Shown here in pieces: positions 11,829 to 22,961 of a DNA stretch of 27,251 nucleotides. Location of the stretch: NCBI GenBank assembly GCA_977862235.1, contig OZ374560.1:2914001-2941251 (forward strand), read 5' to 3'. The notes under the pieces were generated by a model. It was not told where the DNA came from and ran no database searches. It saw nothing but the letters and a program-made list of their open reading frames with translations. A program made the translations under genes and the position numbers. The DNA is from Dudresnaya verticillata (Eukaryota). How positions within the stretch are numbered: the first letter of the stretch is position 1; the number at the start of each line of letters is the position of its first letter.

Positions 11829-14739
11829 CTTGCCAGGGTCAGGAGGGGATAGTATGAACCCCTTATGCTCTCCTCCTGTCTGCAACGGAACCCAGTCATC
11901 CGCGCATGTCATTCTCAATTGACAGCCTGTCACGAAAGCTGCAACAGATTCTGCCTCTTCCGTCGCAGCTGGACCCACACGGTGGAATCTGAAATAGCGA
12001 TAGGTCGTGAATGCCTCAATATTACCAATGCATCCTTCCTGCCGACACAGGCCTGAGAAATTCGCAATTTGAAGCATGCGACTGACAACTGGTTCTGGAC
12101 TGTACGACTGCCGAAGCTCTTCCATCAATTCAGTCATTGTGACTGCGTCCCGAACTTTAAGCCGGCGTGCCGTTCACGAAAAGGCCTGATCTATATCTGT
12201 GTGAGTGTGCCCGACGGGCAGGAAAGACACGAAGACCTCTTGGAACACACCCCATGCAACGAGACTCTCCAGTTATGAGAACAAAAAGGTATTTTTGTTC
12301 TCTCTCGAACAGTTGTCTACTTGTAGAAATAAAGTCCCTTGTAGCTCTCCTCTGGACTGTTTGTCCGAAAGAGTTCTGTGCAACGCCTCGATAATGTGGT
12401 TCGCGCCGGTCTCGAACTCACCGGTCATTGTGTACAAGTGCAGACGCTTCTCAGCCCTGTGTTCAAGCACCCCAATAAGTTTCGCTTTCATGGCATGCCC
12501 AATGCTGGATTTGGACGACACCACAAAATGGGGAAGTCCAAATGCGGACTGATCAGCACCATCCACTATGAGGGAGCAATACTCTTGCGGCAATAGTATC
12601 GCCTTTTCACATTTTTCTGATATTCACGTCTCTCTGCCTGTATGAATTTCAAGTGAATGTTGCACCGCTCATGCAGGTGTTCAGTGCCTGCTCCAGAGGT
12701 CCCTGCCTGAGCAAGTCGCTCGCGAATGAGTTCGCATTCGCTGCACTTTGCAAATCGGTGTGTCTTTCGCACCTTAATGCGGGAGCAACTGTGTTTCCAT
12801 ACAAAGTAAAAGTAACTCTGACACGGAATATCCCTGTTTCTGTACAGCCTGGTGTGGTCCAATTTGAAGATGTCGTACACAACTGATTTCTGAAAGTAGG
12901 GGAGGTGTGACTCCCCATTATCGGGCATTGGTTCAGCAGTGCTGTCTGTAAGACGTTCAAGGAAGCAAATGATAGTATCTTGCTGATGGGATGAGGTATC
13001 ACGCCTCGCATTGTTTGGGAGTTGCAGCTTCCGGGACTGCATTGTGCCTTTTACAGACGTCTGTAACTCGCGGGAGAATCCAAAGGCCTGCTCCAAAAAG
13101 TTGTAACAGACAGGCTGGCGGTTGAAAAGTATTTCATCTTCCTCGTGTCCAACAGATTGCATAGATACGTTCGCCTTGCTTCTACGTCCATTCCGGCAAT
13201 TCTGCGCGCCTCCGCCTTTACGTACACTTGCTCCACACTTTGGGAGCACTTGTTCCCGATGCAGCATCTCATTGACTGCGTGTTTGCGCGTTCCAGGTCT
13301 TTGAACAGGTGCCTACGTCTCTTCTGAAGACTTCCTCTCCCACTGAATGTCCGCTGCTTTCTCTTCCTGTAAGTATACTTTCGCTTCGTCCTGACCTGCA
13401 CCTTCTGAAAAGGGTCATACGCTTCGTCATCACTTTCCGACACGTGTCGTACGGCGTCCGCATCATCATGGCTGGCCTCCCTCAAATGCTCTCGCGGTTC
13501 ACTCATTTCCTCACTGCTCGGAGCATTGCAAGGCGGGGGTGTTGTTCGAATTGACCGCGCTGCGGCATCCGCTTGCGGCCCCGAACTTTGTTGGAGGGGT
13601 GATGTTGGCCTGGTCGTGTCAACTGGTGTCATCTGCTGGGGCGATGCGGTAGGGGCCACTGCTGCGGCAGTGTTTTCTGCAGTTGACGTCGGGGGGCAAT
13701 TGCTCAGTATTGGGTAAATTCTTCGACGAACTATGCCCTTTCGTGGAGAGTACAACCGTCTCTGGCACAACGGCGCGATTTCTCGATTGCCGAGCTCCTG
13801 AATGTAGTTCACATCCCATGCATGAAAACCCCCACCCATCTCCCCAAGTGTGTGCGGAACTGAGTCCGTCGTCGTGTACTTGTATTTGTACTGAAGTTTC
13901 TCATACGGTTGCATGATTTGTGCTCGGTAAACCACAACCAGCTTCTCCCCTTTTTTCTGACTGGGAGACAATTTGTGGCCATGGAGGGTGACACAATACC
14001 TGCCAGACTGGTCTGTGTCCTCTTTTTTCCCCGGTCTCTTGACAATAGCAGTGCCGACCATTTCCCTGTCATACAGAAGAGCAACATGCCCTTCGTCGCT
14101 TGATTTGCCTCCTCCTTTCTTTGCTCCATTTTCTCGCTCAGCGCAATCCGTAGTTGCCGGGCTCATTTCCATGTCGTTCAAAATGTCCTGCGACAGTATC
14201 TGCACACAGCTTGTGAGAGTGCCACTCGTTCTGTCTTCCCTTCACGCTCTCAGCAGAGCGCCCACTTTTCAGTCTGTTAAGGCACCTGGCCAACCTGGCG
14301 GGGAGGCGCAGCCCTTCGCAGCGAAACGCTTGCGCATTAAATACCCTCTGTGATACCGCGGCGCGCCGCCTGTTGCCTGCTCTTGAGGCTTCACACCCGT
14401 GGAGCGGCACGAGTGGCTTCACGAGGTGCATCTGGGTTATTCTGCAACCCAGATTCTGTTTGTGATCAGATTCTGGTTCTGCACTTGGCCAATTACATTT
14501 CAGGTACAACTTTCCGCATGCATGCGGAGCCACACAAGCTGCAGCTTGTGAGAGGCGGACACATACAGCTGACGGTCACTCTGGGGTGAACTGGCAGTTG
14601 CAGTGCGCCTACATCACGAGTTGATATCGTCTGCAGACGCTTCCAAGGAAGTCGCGGCACAGCACGAATGGAAATGCTGCTGCTACAGTTGTCTCAATGC
14701 CTTAAGGTACTGCAGTAGCATGAGGGTTTCAGGATCGGC

Positions 14740-14900
14740 GAAGCACACGACAGGGCTCAGGACAAAGACGATGGACATGTGGCGCCAGTAGAGTGGCGTC
14801 GGAAACTTCAGCAAACAAATGAACCTGATCATCAAGGAACCCCCGAAAACGAAGTTTTTTGTTGCAACGGACACATTTGAAGTGCGCATTCATTTTCAGA
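14740..14900 (+). pseudogene. Possible captured glycosyltransferase (fucosyltransferase-like) gene fragment
   Basis: The frame reads TMDMWRQ*SGVGNFSKQMNLIIKEPPKTKFFVATDTFEV. F(Y/F)(L/V)ATD preceded by F…M…P resembles GT-B fucosyltransferase-like proteins. The match is short and degenerate. Confidence 0.3.
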
Positions 14901-15780
14901 CCGGCAGTTGTGCCTCGGTACAGCTTGACCAAGTCGATGCACGCTAGCTGTGATCGCGTCTGGGACTTTGCCGCTGTTGGCAAGCGGCTCTCCGACAGGC
15001 TGCCATTGTAGGGAATAATCCCGAACGGGGCGAGAGCGCTAGGCGTAACAAGGATCAAGAGTGTGAAGACAGGGCAAGTCGACAGCGATTACTTGCTAAA
15101 TATTGATAGCGAAGCAAGTGGCATCCTTTGACTGTCGGTACGATCACGATAATGGATATGTTTGGGGGCGCTCAGCGAGGCTTAAGTGGTGAAAATAGTC
15201 GCAACAGCACAAGGCAGAAAGTCGTACAGATGTAGTCAGACATTAACAAACAAGTGACCTCACCTCTCGTGAAGAATATCTTTGAACGCGAGAGTAGGAA
15301 CAGATGAGTTGAGACTTTGAATCAGATTCGACAATACGGCATTTCTGATGGGGAATCTGAATGTGGATATCCGCTCACGGCAGTGATGCAGCTTTTATCG
15401 TTTTCTACAGACTGTATTCAAACTATTAACGGCAAAGCATCACGTCGAGCTTTTAACCAGCTCGAAGCGCTGCGCTATCATAAGGCGAAGAAACTGAACT
15501 CGCGCGCAGTGTTGTTTGTTTTTATTAAGTCGTTGCCTGAGTAGCATCACGTTTGAACAAAAGTAGGCAATACCACAATCTAAATGAAGCAGCGCACCAT
15601 TCCACAAACGTGGTTACCATATTTATCTATAGATTCGTGAATTTGTTGCTCTGTCAAAGAGTTATCTTCACCTCTAGAGACAACAGGTAGAAGAAAGAGG
15701 GCTGGACAGCGGAAATTAATTGCAGGTGAAGGATGGCACAACAGGTGAACACGTGAGACTAACCCACCACCTGCTACAGC

Positions 15781-15999
15781 TGATGGTTTGTTGTGTTGGT
15801 TTGGAATGGATGGCGAATGTAACAGATTCTGTGCTTCCTACACTCTGACCGAGCGACTTCAACATCCAATTATACGCCTACCAAACAACCATGATGGTTT
15901 GTTGTGTTGGTTTGGAATGGATGGCGAATGTAACAGATTCTGTGCTTCCTACACTCTGGCCAAGCGAAGTCAAAGTCCAATTATACGCCTACCAAACAA
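15781..15999. repeat. Tandem duplication, 111-bp period, 2 copies
   Basis: TGATGGTTTGTTGTGTTGGTTTGGAATGGATGGCGAATGTAACAGATTCTGTGCTTCCTACACTCTG occurs identically at 15781 and 15892. The second halves of the two copies differ slightly. Confidence 0.95.
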
Positions 16000-16258
16000 T
16001 AAAAAGAGTCAACAGCACTACCGCATCCTGCGAAGAGGAGGGAACGTGACACTGGACGAAGCTGGTGCGTTGGGTAAAACTGTTCAAAGAAAGGTAAGGG
16101 ATCGTGGTTCCGACAACAACCGCAATTCGATCCTTACAAGCCGAACCACGGAAATCAGAACGGCCTTGACTCCCTCTGCAAGACAATACACGCTCTCCTT
16201 TTTGTAATTGACCTTGCGTTCCTAGCAAGCTGCCTGCACCATCATTTGCGGCACTTTC

Positions 16259-17800
16259 TATACTATGCCACAGCATTGCGGAAACTGTTCGCGCAGGACA
16301 TGGGCGATGTGGTGAAGTGAAAGGCACACCTGTAAGGAGAGCTGATCAAGCAATCCCAATAAGGAGTGATCTCACACGGCACCGGGGTGGTAGAGCTTAG
16401 TTCGTAGACCGAAGGGAGTACCTCGAGCGGCAACACCTGTAAGGAGTAAAGGGACGCACCAGACAAGGGGGACCGTACAGTGCCAGGAAAGCTACACAGG
16501 GACGGAGGTAAGAGGAATCCGTGCACGGGGCTGGCGAGGGGAAACCGTAAAGGACTATGAGGGTAAGGCTTAGGGTAAGTCACTTTGCCCAGGGTTGCGT
16601 ACCCGTTTACTGTAGGACTCGCGGTGGCCACCCATTAATATACTGGGAGATACGCCCCGCGGTCCGGTCCGTGTGGGCCAGACCCCAATGGGTCTGGTCC
16701 ACCAGGTGGGTCCGGCCCTACTGGTCCCGGTCACCGTTGCGGACATGCTCGGCATTCTTATTGGCCGGCTGACACTACGTACTGTACAGCATGATTATAA
16801 TTACCTAATTACAAATAAATCAACTACTTGACTCCTATTCGTGGTGCGCGCAGACTCCAGCAAGGTATACAGTGCTACTGTGTCGCTGCACTCCGTTTCG
16901 GCTTTTGGTGCCAGCTCACCACTGCGCCGGGCGCGGGTCGGCTCAACCGTCGTCCGCACTCCGAAACGGCCGCTTCACCACAGGCGAGATACAGCGCCTC
17001 GCCCTCGTTCATGCCATCAATGAGAGTAAATTGCTCGCCTCCTGTTTCAAGGCCAAGCGTGAAGCGTCAGCCGCCGTTCGCGTCCAGCGAGCACGCAAAC
17101 ACATGCGGCAAGTTTTTGAGGTAGGCCATATCGGCCTGGCGCGACGTCCTTGGTGATAGCGTGTACGCTATTACAACGCGACCCACCAGGAAACGTCTGC
17201 GATGACGATGAGCATCCAGGCGGCCGGGAAGCGGTTGCGGCGGACGACGGACAGGCGAAAGTGTGGCTCCGCGGAGTGGGACATAGCGAAGGGGCGGGCG
17301 GTGGGGTGGGGTGTTGTGGAGCACATCGCGGATGCGGATCACTATGGTCACCTGCGTGGCCAGGTCTGCGGCCGCGGTGGTCGGCACGGGCAAATGGTCA
17401 GGCTGGCGCGCGTCGACCGGGGCGTGGTCGAAGAGCGAGGCGGGCGGGTGCGGGAGTGGGTTGCGCGAGTCTGCGCGGGACTCGTGCAGGAAGGTGTTGA
17501 GCGCTTGCACGTCGGCTTGGCAGTGGTCCACGCGCGCGAGGGAGGAGAAGTGCAGCAGGTGGTGCAGCGCGATAACCTCGACGGCGAAGCGAGGGTGGAG
17601 CTGCGTGTCGACGCGGGCGTTGGCGGGGATTGTTCCGGCGGCGAAGCGGCGCAAGTGGTCGAGCGGGACTTGCAGGCGGGCGGATGCCACGGCGAGGTAC
17701 GTGGGGGTGTCGGCGGCGCGGCGGACGAGGCGCAGCACGGACTGCGGATGAACGAGGCACAGGTGCGACGGGTGCAGGTTTTTGTGCGTGGAACGGGAAG
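16259..17800 (-). pseudogene. Captured host-like gene fragment (GC-rich codons), interrupted by a solo LTR
   Basis: ORF 17924..17067 has a strongly GC3-rich core (~17200-17780). It continues through one TGA and across the LTR: …DANGG*RFTLGLETGGEQFTLIDGMNEGEALYLA|HVLREQFPQCCGIV*. Confidence 0.5.
16308..16982 (+). mobile_element. Solo LTR (675 bp)
   Basis: Perfect 10-bp inverted ends TGTGGTGAAG…CTTCACCACA. The 5-bp TSD is GGCGA (16303-16307 and 16983-16987). An internal TATAA lies at ~16796 and AATAAA at 16814-16819. Confidence 0.92.
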
Positions 17801-18720
17801 ATGAGCAGCAGCAGGAGCGGGAGCAGCGTCGAGGCCAGATAGATTGTGGAGTTTGCTGGCTCTCAGGACCTGTTCCCCAATACTGATATTGCACTTTGGG
17901 CTCCTGCGTTGCCGTGAAGCGCAATATCTGTTCTCATAGCAATGTGACTTGGCTGCATTCAGAAGCTGTAAAGGTGTTGACGGCGGCCCAATGGAAAGAC
18001 CCTTTTACAAGCTTATTCAATATCATTGGACAGAAAATCTATACAGGTTTTTCAGTGCGCAATTTGCCACATCAAAAGAACAGCTATTTGGCCCGGCGCT
18101 CTCGCCCCACCTGTTCCCTGATACTGATATTGCACCCACAGGTGTTGACACCTCCCACCCCCGAGAACCTGTTCCTCGTAAATTGACCGCCGCGCCCCCC
18201 CGCTGGCACGCCGCTGGCAACGGTGTGCCAGTACTCACCGACACCGTGTGTGGCATGCTATTTTACTCGCAGTATCAGCACCTGGCCAGGCTGGCCTCAA
18301 CTTCAAAGCCCGGCCAAGTCGGCTGGGACAGCGAGCAGCATACCCTAATTGACTTTGTTACATCTCGCCCTGCAGGTCTTGTGAAACCTGCATTCTACCA
18401 ATTCCAACTGTACGGCCTGTGCTAAGCATAAGTTCTGATGGAGACTGCCCACACCCAGTGAACAATCCACGTGACCTCCCGTGCCATGTCGGAATTTGCG
18501 GCACATCCATGTCGTACTCTCGCCGTCCGGTGTGTCGAAAGCCCGTATGGTGCCAGTCGAAAACGGCACCCTGCAAACATGAGCCAGGGACGTAAAGAAC
18601 TTCTTGCGGAAGGTTTTCTGAACAGAATCTGGGCAACTCGTCGGACATGCAGTACCCCTTTCCGTACTCTTTCAAGGAGAGCGGTTTTCACGTGCACAGG
18701 GAGTCTTTCTCTCGCACACC

Positions 18721-21700
18721 ATGTCGAAGCGCAAGAAGCTGAGCAGGGGGTCAAGTGAGCCCTTGAGGAAGGAGGATATGGCACAGGCACTGTTTGGAGA
18801 TGTCATGGAGGGGTCTACCAACATTCGAATAGACCCCAGGTCCTGTGTTCCGATGATTGATATAAGGGACATCTCGAGATCCGGTGTTGAGAGGCTCAAG
18901 AAGATTTTTAGGGGTGGTGGGACGAGGAGCGCTAACTGCAACAACGGGTACATTGCCGGTTCTGATGCGCCCATACTGGCTCGCCTAACAGGTCCATTCA
19001 GGAGTTTCATTTTTGAGTTTCTCCGAGCTAAACGGAATGCGGATGGGACAGAGTACACAGAGAAACAGATGAAAGAAGAGGCCTCCAGTCGGTCGGAGTG
19101 GTTCGGTGTTGTTGATGGCATGCATCGACTTATCGCCATTATGGAGCTAATCGATGAAGACCGGGAGACATGGAAGGGGTTTGCTTTGACTGCCACTGTG
19201 CTTAAAGGGGGGCACAACATCCAGATTCTGAAGCAACTGGCTCTTCATCATAACAGAAAGCACGACTCCAGCTTTTTTGTAGAGACCACGTTTTACGATC
19301 AGATATGCGGTCTTAGGAAAGAGGCAGACGGTCTCGAAGCCAGTAATGGGAAGACTCCGACTGCGACGGCAGTTGCCGAAGCATATGATTGATGCAGTCA
19401 CCTATCGAAAAACACTATCAAACAGACAGCGGCAACCGTTCTTCGTCTTGACCGTCGCGTTATTGATGTAATTGGGAAGATAATGAAGGAGGAGGTCCCT
19501 GAACTAGTAACTATGCAACTGTTGACTGCTTCCGGAAAGGCCATAGACTCAAATGTCGCGATGCAGAATCTGGATTGTATAGTATACAGACGCTTCATTC
19601 ACGTCAGTTCCATCAAGTCTTCCAAGGCCTTTATGAATGCAGGCAGCTCTGACAACGGCATTACTGTTCAAATAGCTACTCTGTACAGGCTTCGAGAGGT
19701 GTCAAGGACACACAATTTCAAACCTGCTTCGGCCAAACACACGCAAGAGCAATTCTTGAAAGCTTCAGCCGCCCTTTCCGAGACTGGAAAGTTTGAAGCG
19801 ATGAGGGAGAGGACAGAATGGCCGTCAGGCATGAGTACATTAAGAGAAAACCTGTTACACACTACGAAGCTGGACGTCGAGGTCATCATGAATCGAGGTA
19901 ATGACCGTACACTGTTGAAAACAATAGTTGAGATGTACAGAGAGTGTTGTCCGGAAGAGGCCCCAGTGAAGTTGCAGAAGTACAAAGATCTGCAAACTGT
20001 GATGGATTCGACAGACGTCAGACGTGATGATGCTGTCATGACCCGCCCGGGTTCCAATGAATGTGGAACAAAAGATTCTGACGGTCAACAGAATTTGGAC
20101 TGCACATTGTCACCGCAGGTGGACGCTACCGGAATATCTAATGACGACGAGATTTTAGACTTAGTAACATCAACCAATTCGAAAAGGGAAGAAGGTCGCG
20201 AACCAGCAGAATCTGGACAGGCACCCGTCCAGAACGCAGACCCTAAAGCTGCATGTGCAGCCAAAGACCTTTCTGTACCGGAAAAGAGTCCCACAGACCC
20301 CACTGCATCAACTGTGTCATCAAAGCAGTCTGTTCGCCTCAACATGGGTACTAAGCCTGTGCCGGTGTAGGACGGATCGCTTTCTGTTCCAATAGATTAT
20401 CTTGCGGAAATGAAACTGACATGCTTCCACATGACATGGCAGAGCTACGACAGTACCGTAAGGAAGGAAGGTGACAAACGATTCGATTTAATCCTCACTG
20501 ATCCACCATACGGTACACCGAAATCGCAGTCTAAGTCGGGGAGGTCATTCGATAAACCTCAGCGAGGAAGACATTAAGAAGATAGTTGAGTTCTCGAGGC
20601 GCGTACTTGTAGCAGGGGGGTGGTCGTTTGTTTTCACGTCATTCCTGAACTTCGGTATATTCCACGATGCTCTGAAGAAGGCACAATTCATGTGCCCAGC
20701 ATACCCATTCTTATTCTCCGAAGACCCCAAGACCATGCAGGAACATCGGGGGAGCGATATGCCCCAGAACTGTGTGGAAATAGCCGTTATGGCGCTTGCC
20801 CCAGGTCAGCATGGCGGAGGGTTCTCGCTCGACCTTAGGAGCGAGTATCACTGCATCCCCTCCCCAGAAAAGCGGAAATTCGTGTGCATGTCCTCTCTAC
20901 CAACACCGAAACACAAGTTGCTACGCCCAGGCACCAAGTCCCCAGTTCTGGTCGAAGAGAAGTCTCCCGAAGTACTTGTGGAGATAATGACAATATTCTG
21001 TCCGGAGGGCGGGTCAGTTCTGGATATGCACAGCGGAACCATGACGACTGGGATTGCAGCTCTCAGAACAGATCGTCGGTGTACACTAATCGAATCACAG
21101 GTGGAAACATTCAAGCTGGGGGCTGAACGTTTGCGTAGGCTTGCCACGGAAGCATATGAAATGAAGACAGGTCGTAAACGTTTGGAATCAAGTGCTCATG
21201 ACGAACTGAATGGTATCGGTGAGGCAGCAAGAGGTAGTGTTGTCAAAACAGATTCTGCTCAACCAACAAACCATTCCGTAACGAGGAAGGGACCTGAAAT
21301 GTCCCATCTGACGACACCGTCCGAGCACGTATTGGATGACCGCGAAGAGAGTATCGAGAAGCACGGCAGGAGTGAAGACATAGTTGTAGGAAGTGTGGAG
21401 CTAAATGAAAAGTGCAGGAGAAGGAAAACACCTGAACCTTGTGCAATGCCCAAGGCCGGAGACAGAGTCACGCTTCTTGCAGATGATAAGGAAGTGGGGG
21501 AGGCCGTGTTGCATCCTGAAAAGACTCCAGGAGGGAACTGTAATGAACGCTTGCACGACCACGATCTGTCAGAATCTGCCAAACCAGGGGAGCATCTTGT
21601 GGTCGTGTACAGTTTGAAGGTCATGGCGGAGTATGAGCTAAGTTCGTATCCGTATATATTCAAGGGACTAGAGGACCCTCCTGCCAATCTCAAGGGCCTA

Positions 21701-21751
21701 AACGGCTTGTTGTTCTCGTGGGACTTTCACAACATGAAGAAGATTGGGTAG
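18721..21751 (+). pseudogene. ParB/Srx-like domain + beta-class amino-DNA methyltransferase (DPPY; N6-adenine or N4-cytosine) fusion, ~1010 codons
   Basis: WFGVVDGMHRLIA (19099-19137) is a ParB-like motif. Also FDLILTDPPYG (DPPY at 20500-20511), RRVLVAGG, and EKSPEVLVEIMTIFCPEGGSVLDMHSGTMTTGIAALRTDRRCTLIE (SAM-binding motif I, 21017-21052). In-frame stops lie at 19390 and 20368, and a frameshift at ~20553. Confidence 0.88.
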
Positions 21752-22250
21752 GAATTATAGTCAGTACAGTACTATTGTCATAGGCCGAATTGAACATTTC
21801 TCGAGCATCCGTATTCTGAACATGTCTTTGCGTCTTGCTTCCGCCATGATCCATGAATTCGACGTCGTTCAGGCACCATTTACTCGAATAACGCCAGTGC
21901 TTCCACGTGCCGTACTATGAACGCGGGGGTTATATTTGGTCCACCAAACAAAATCTGTCACGGAAGGCTGTCGCGAGTGTGGCACATGTACCGTACTGCT
22001 GCAGCTGTTGGCAACGTTGCGGCATATTGGCAGTAAGTGATTGATCGACTACGTACCGGAGTGCGCCCAGGGCTGTCTCCAACGCATATGAAATGGACAC
22101 CCGTGAGATCGTGGAAAGATGGACTATGTATTGTTCAGGAACGCAGTGATCCTGTCGCAGTTAAAGGCCTCGGCCATTTCGGAAAGAGAGCTGAGATGAA
22201 ACGAAGTGTTCGTTCACCACCATAATCTGCTGTGACCAGAATAACGCTGT

Positions 22251-22781
22251 ATGGAGACCATGGATGACTTGATTCTGGATGTGGAAAAGCTGTACAACGC
22301 CGTTAAACGTCGGATGGGGGAAGATCTTAGTCGTGAGGCACGAAATTGGACGCCCCAAAGCCCTAGCAGTGACGACGACATTCTGGACAACCACAATGAC
22401 CTGGATCGTGCCCAAATGGCTTTGGAATCATCACAGCAATTTTACGCAGACAAGACGATGATGGAGCATTCCCACCATCAGAAAGCTTTGGAAAAGTTGT
22501 ACAGGTTGTTGCTGAAGAAAATCTTTCTCGTGGGAAGGGGCAAGTACGTACACGGTGCAGCCCATGCTGTAGACTTTGCGATCGTCGAAACGCTGCACAG
22601 GGGCGGAGAGAACGCATATCAACTGGACCGCTACACACGTCTGCTTTGCACCAAATTCTACATGTCCAACAGCCGCGCAATGAAACCGGAGGTGAGGATG
22701 TGCATCATGAGGAGCCTGCACAATGAACTGTCTAGTTGTGAAGGGCTGTATATGCGGAAGCATGATAGCAGCGATTGCTAA
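22251..22781 (+). CDS. Orphan ORF (176 aa) next to the right TIR; possible accessory protein of the element
   Basis: ATG-initiated and uninterrupted, with protein-like helical composition. No family recognised. Confidence 0.4.
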   Translation: METMDDLILDVEKLYNAVKRRMGEDLSREARNWTPQSPSSDDDILDNHNDLDRAQMALESSQQFYADKTMMEHSHHQKALEKLYRLLLKKIFLVGRGKYVHGAAHAVDFAIVETLHRGGENAYQLDRYTRLLCTKFYMSNSRAMKPEVRMCIMRSLHNELSSCEGLYMRKHDSSDC

Positions 22782-22961
22782 CTTTAGAGATAGTAAAGTG
22801 GTGGCCTTCTCCCATGAGCACAGCAATGCGCTTCATTCCATTTGGCGGTCTACAATCGGGGATGTGCCCCATTGAAGTATGGCATGGTCCTCAGCTGCGG
22901 CGCAATAAACGCGGCGCAGACAACGGAATGCAATGGGTTTAGGCTGGCATTGTGCAGAACC

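Larger units (their letters stand above)
9483..14205 (-). pseudogene. Sola-like (DUF7869-type) DDD transposase, ~990 codons after removing the LTR insertion
   Basis: Motifs: FAKCSEC; SLIVDGADQ; FLQVDNCSRENKN; FLPVGHTHTDIDQAFS (~12177-12224). The C-terminal domain reads FVAVV…PFWVGQI…IRWYE (BAH/Tudor-like). Frameshifts lie near 13130, 12610 and 9830, with stops at 12273-12275 and 12174-12176. The frame rejoins across the LTR as …SPPDPGK|TPATVVKSPP…. Confidence 0.85.

Noticed and set aside
10051..11899. Many overlapping ORFs, including 11318..11899 and 10051..10536
   Set aside because: They lie within solo LTRs, which are GC-rich non-coding DNA. The same applies to 5995..6660.
15781..15999. 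Possible CRISPR-like repeat
   Set aside because: Only two copies of a 111-bp tandem unit, with no unique spacers, no cas genes and a eukaryotic context.
16203..16813. Alternative LTR boundaries TGTAATT…AATTACA
   Set aside because: The flanks (CTTTT/AATAA) do not match, whereas 16308-16982 has a perfect TSD and 10-bp inverted ends.
17202..17804. Plus-strand ORFs of 200 and 146 aa
   Set aside because: They look like antisense shadows of the GC3-rich minus-strand frame.
18721..21751. Bacterial contamination or a restriction-modification operon
   Set aside because: The gene is embedded within eukaryotic TIRs and LTRs on a telomeric contig, has no cognate nuclease, and shares a domain with the transposase.
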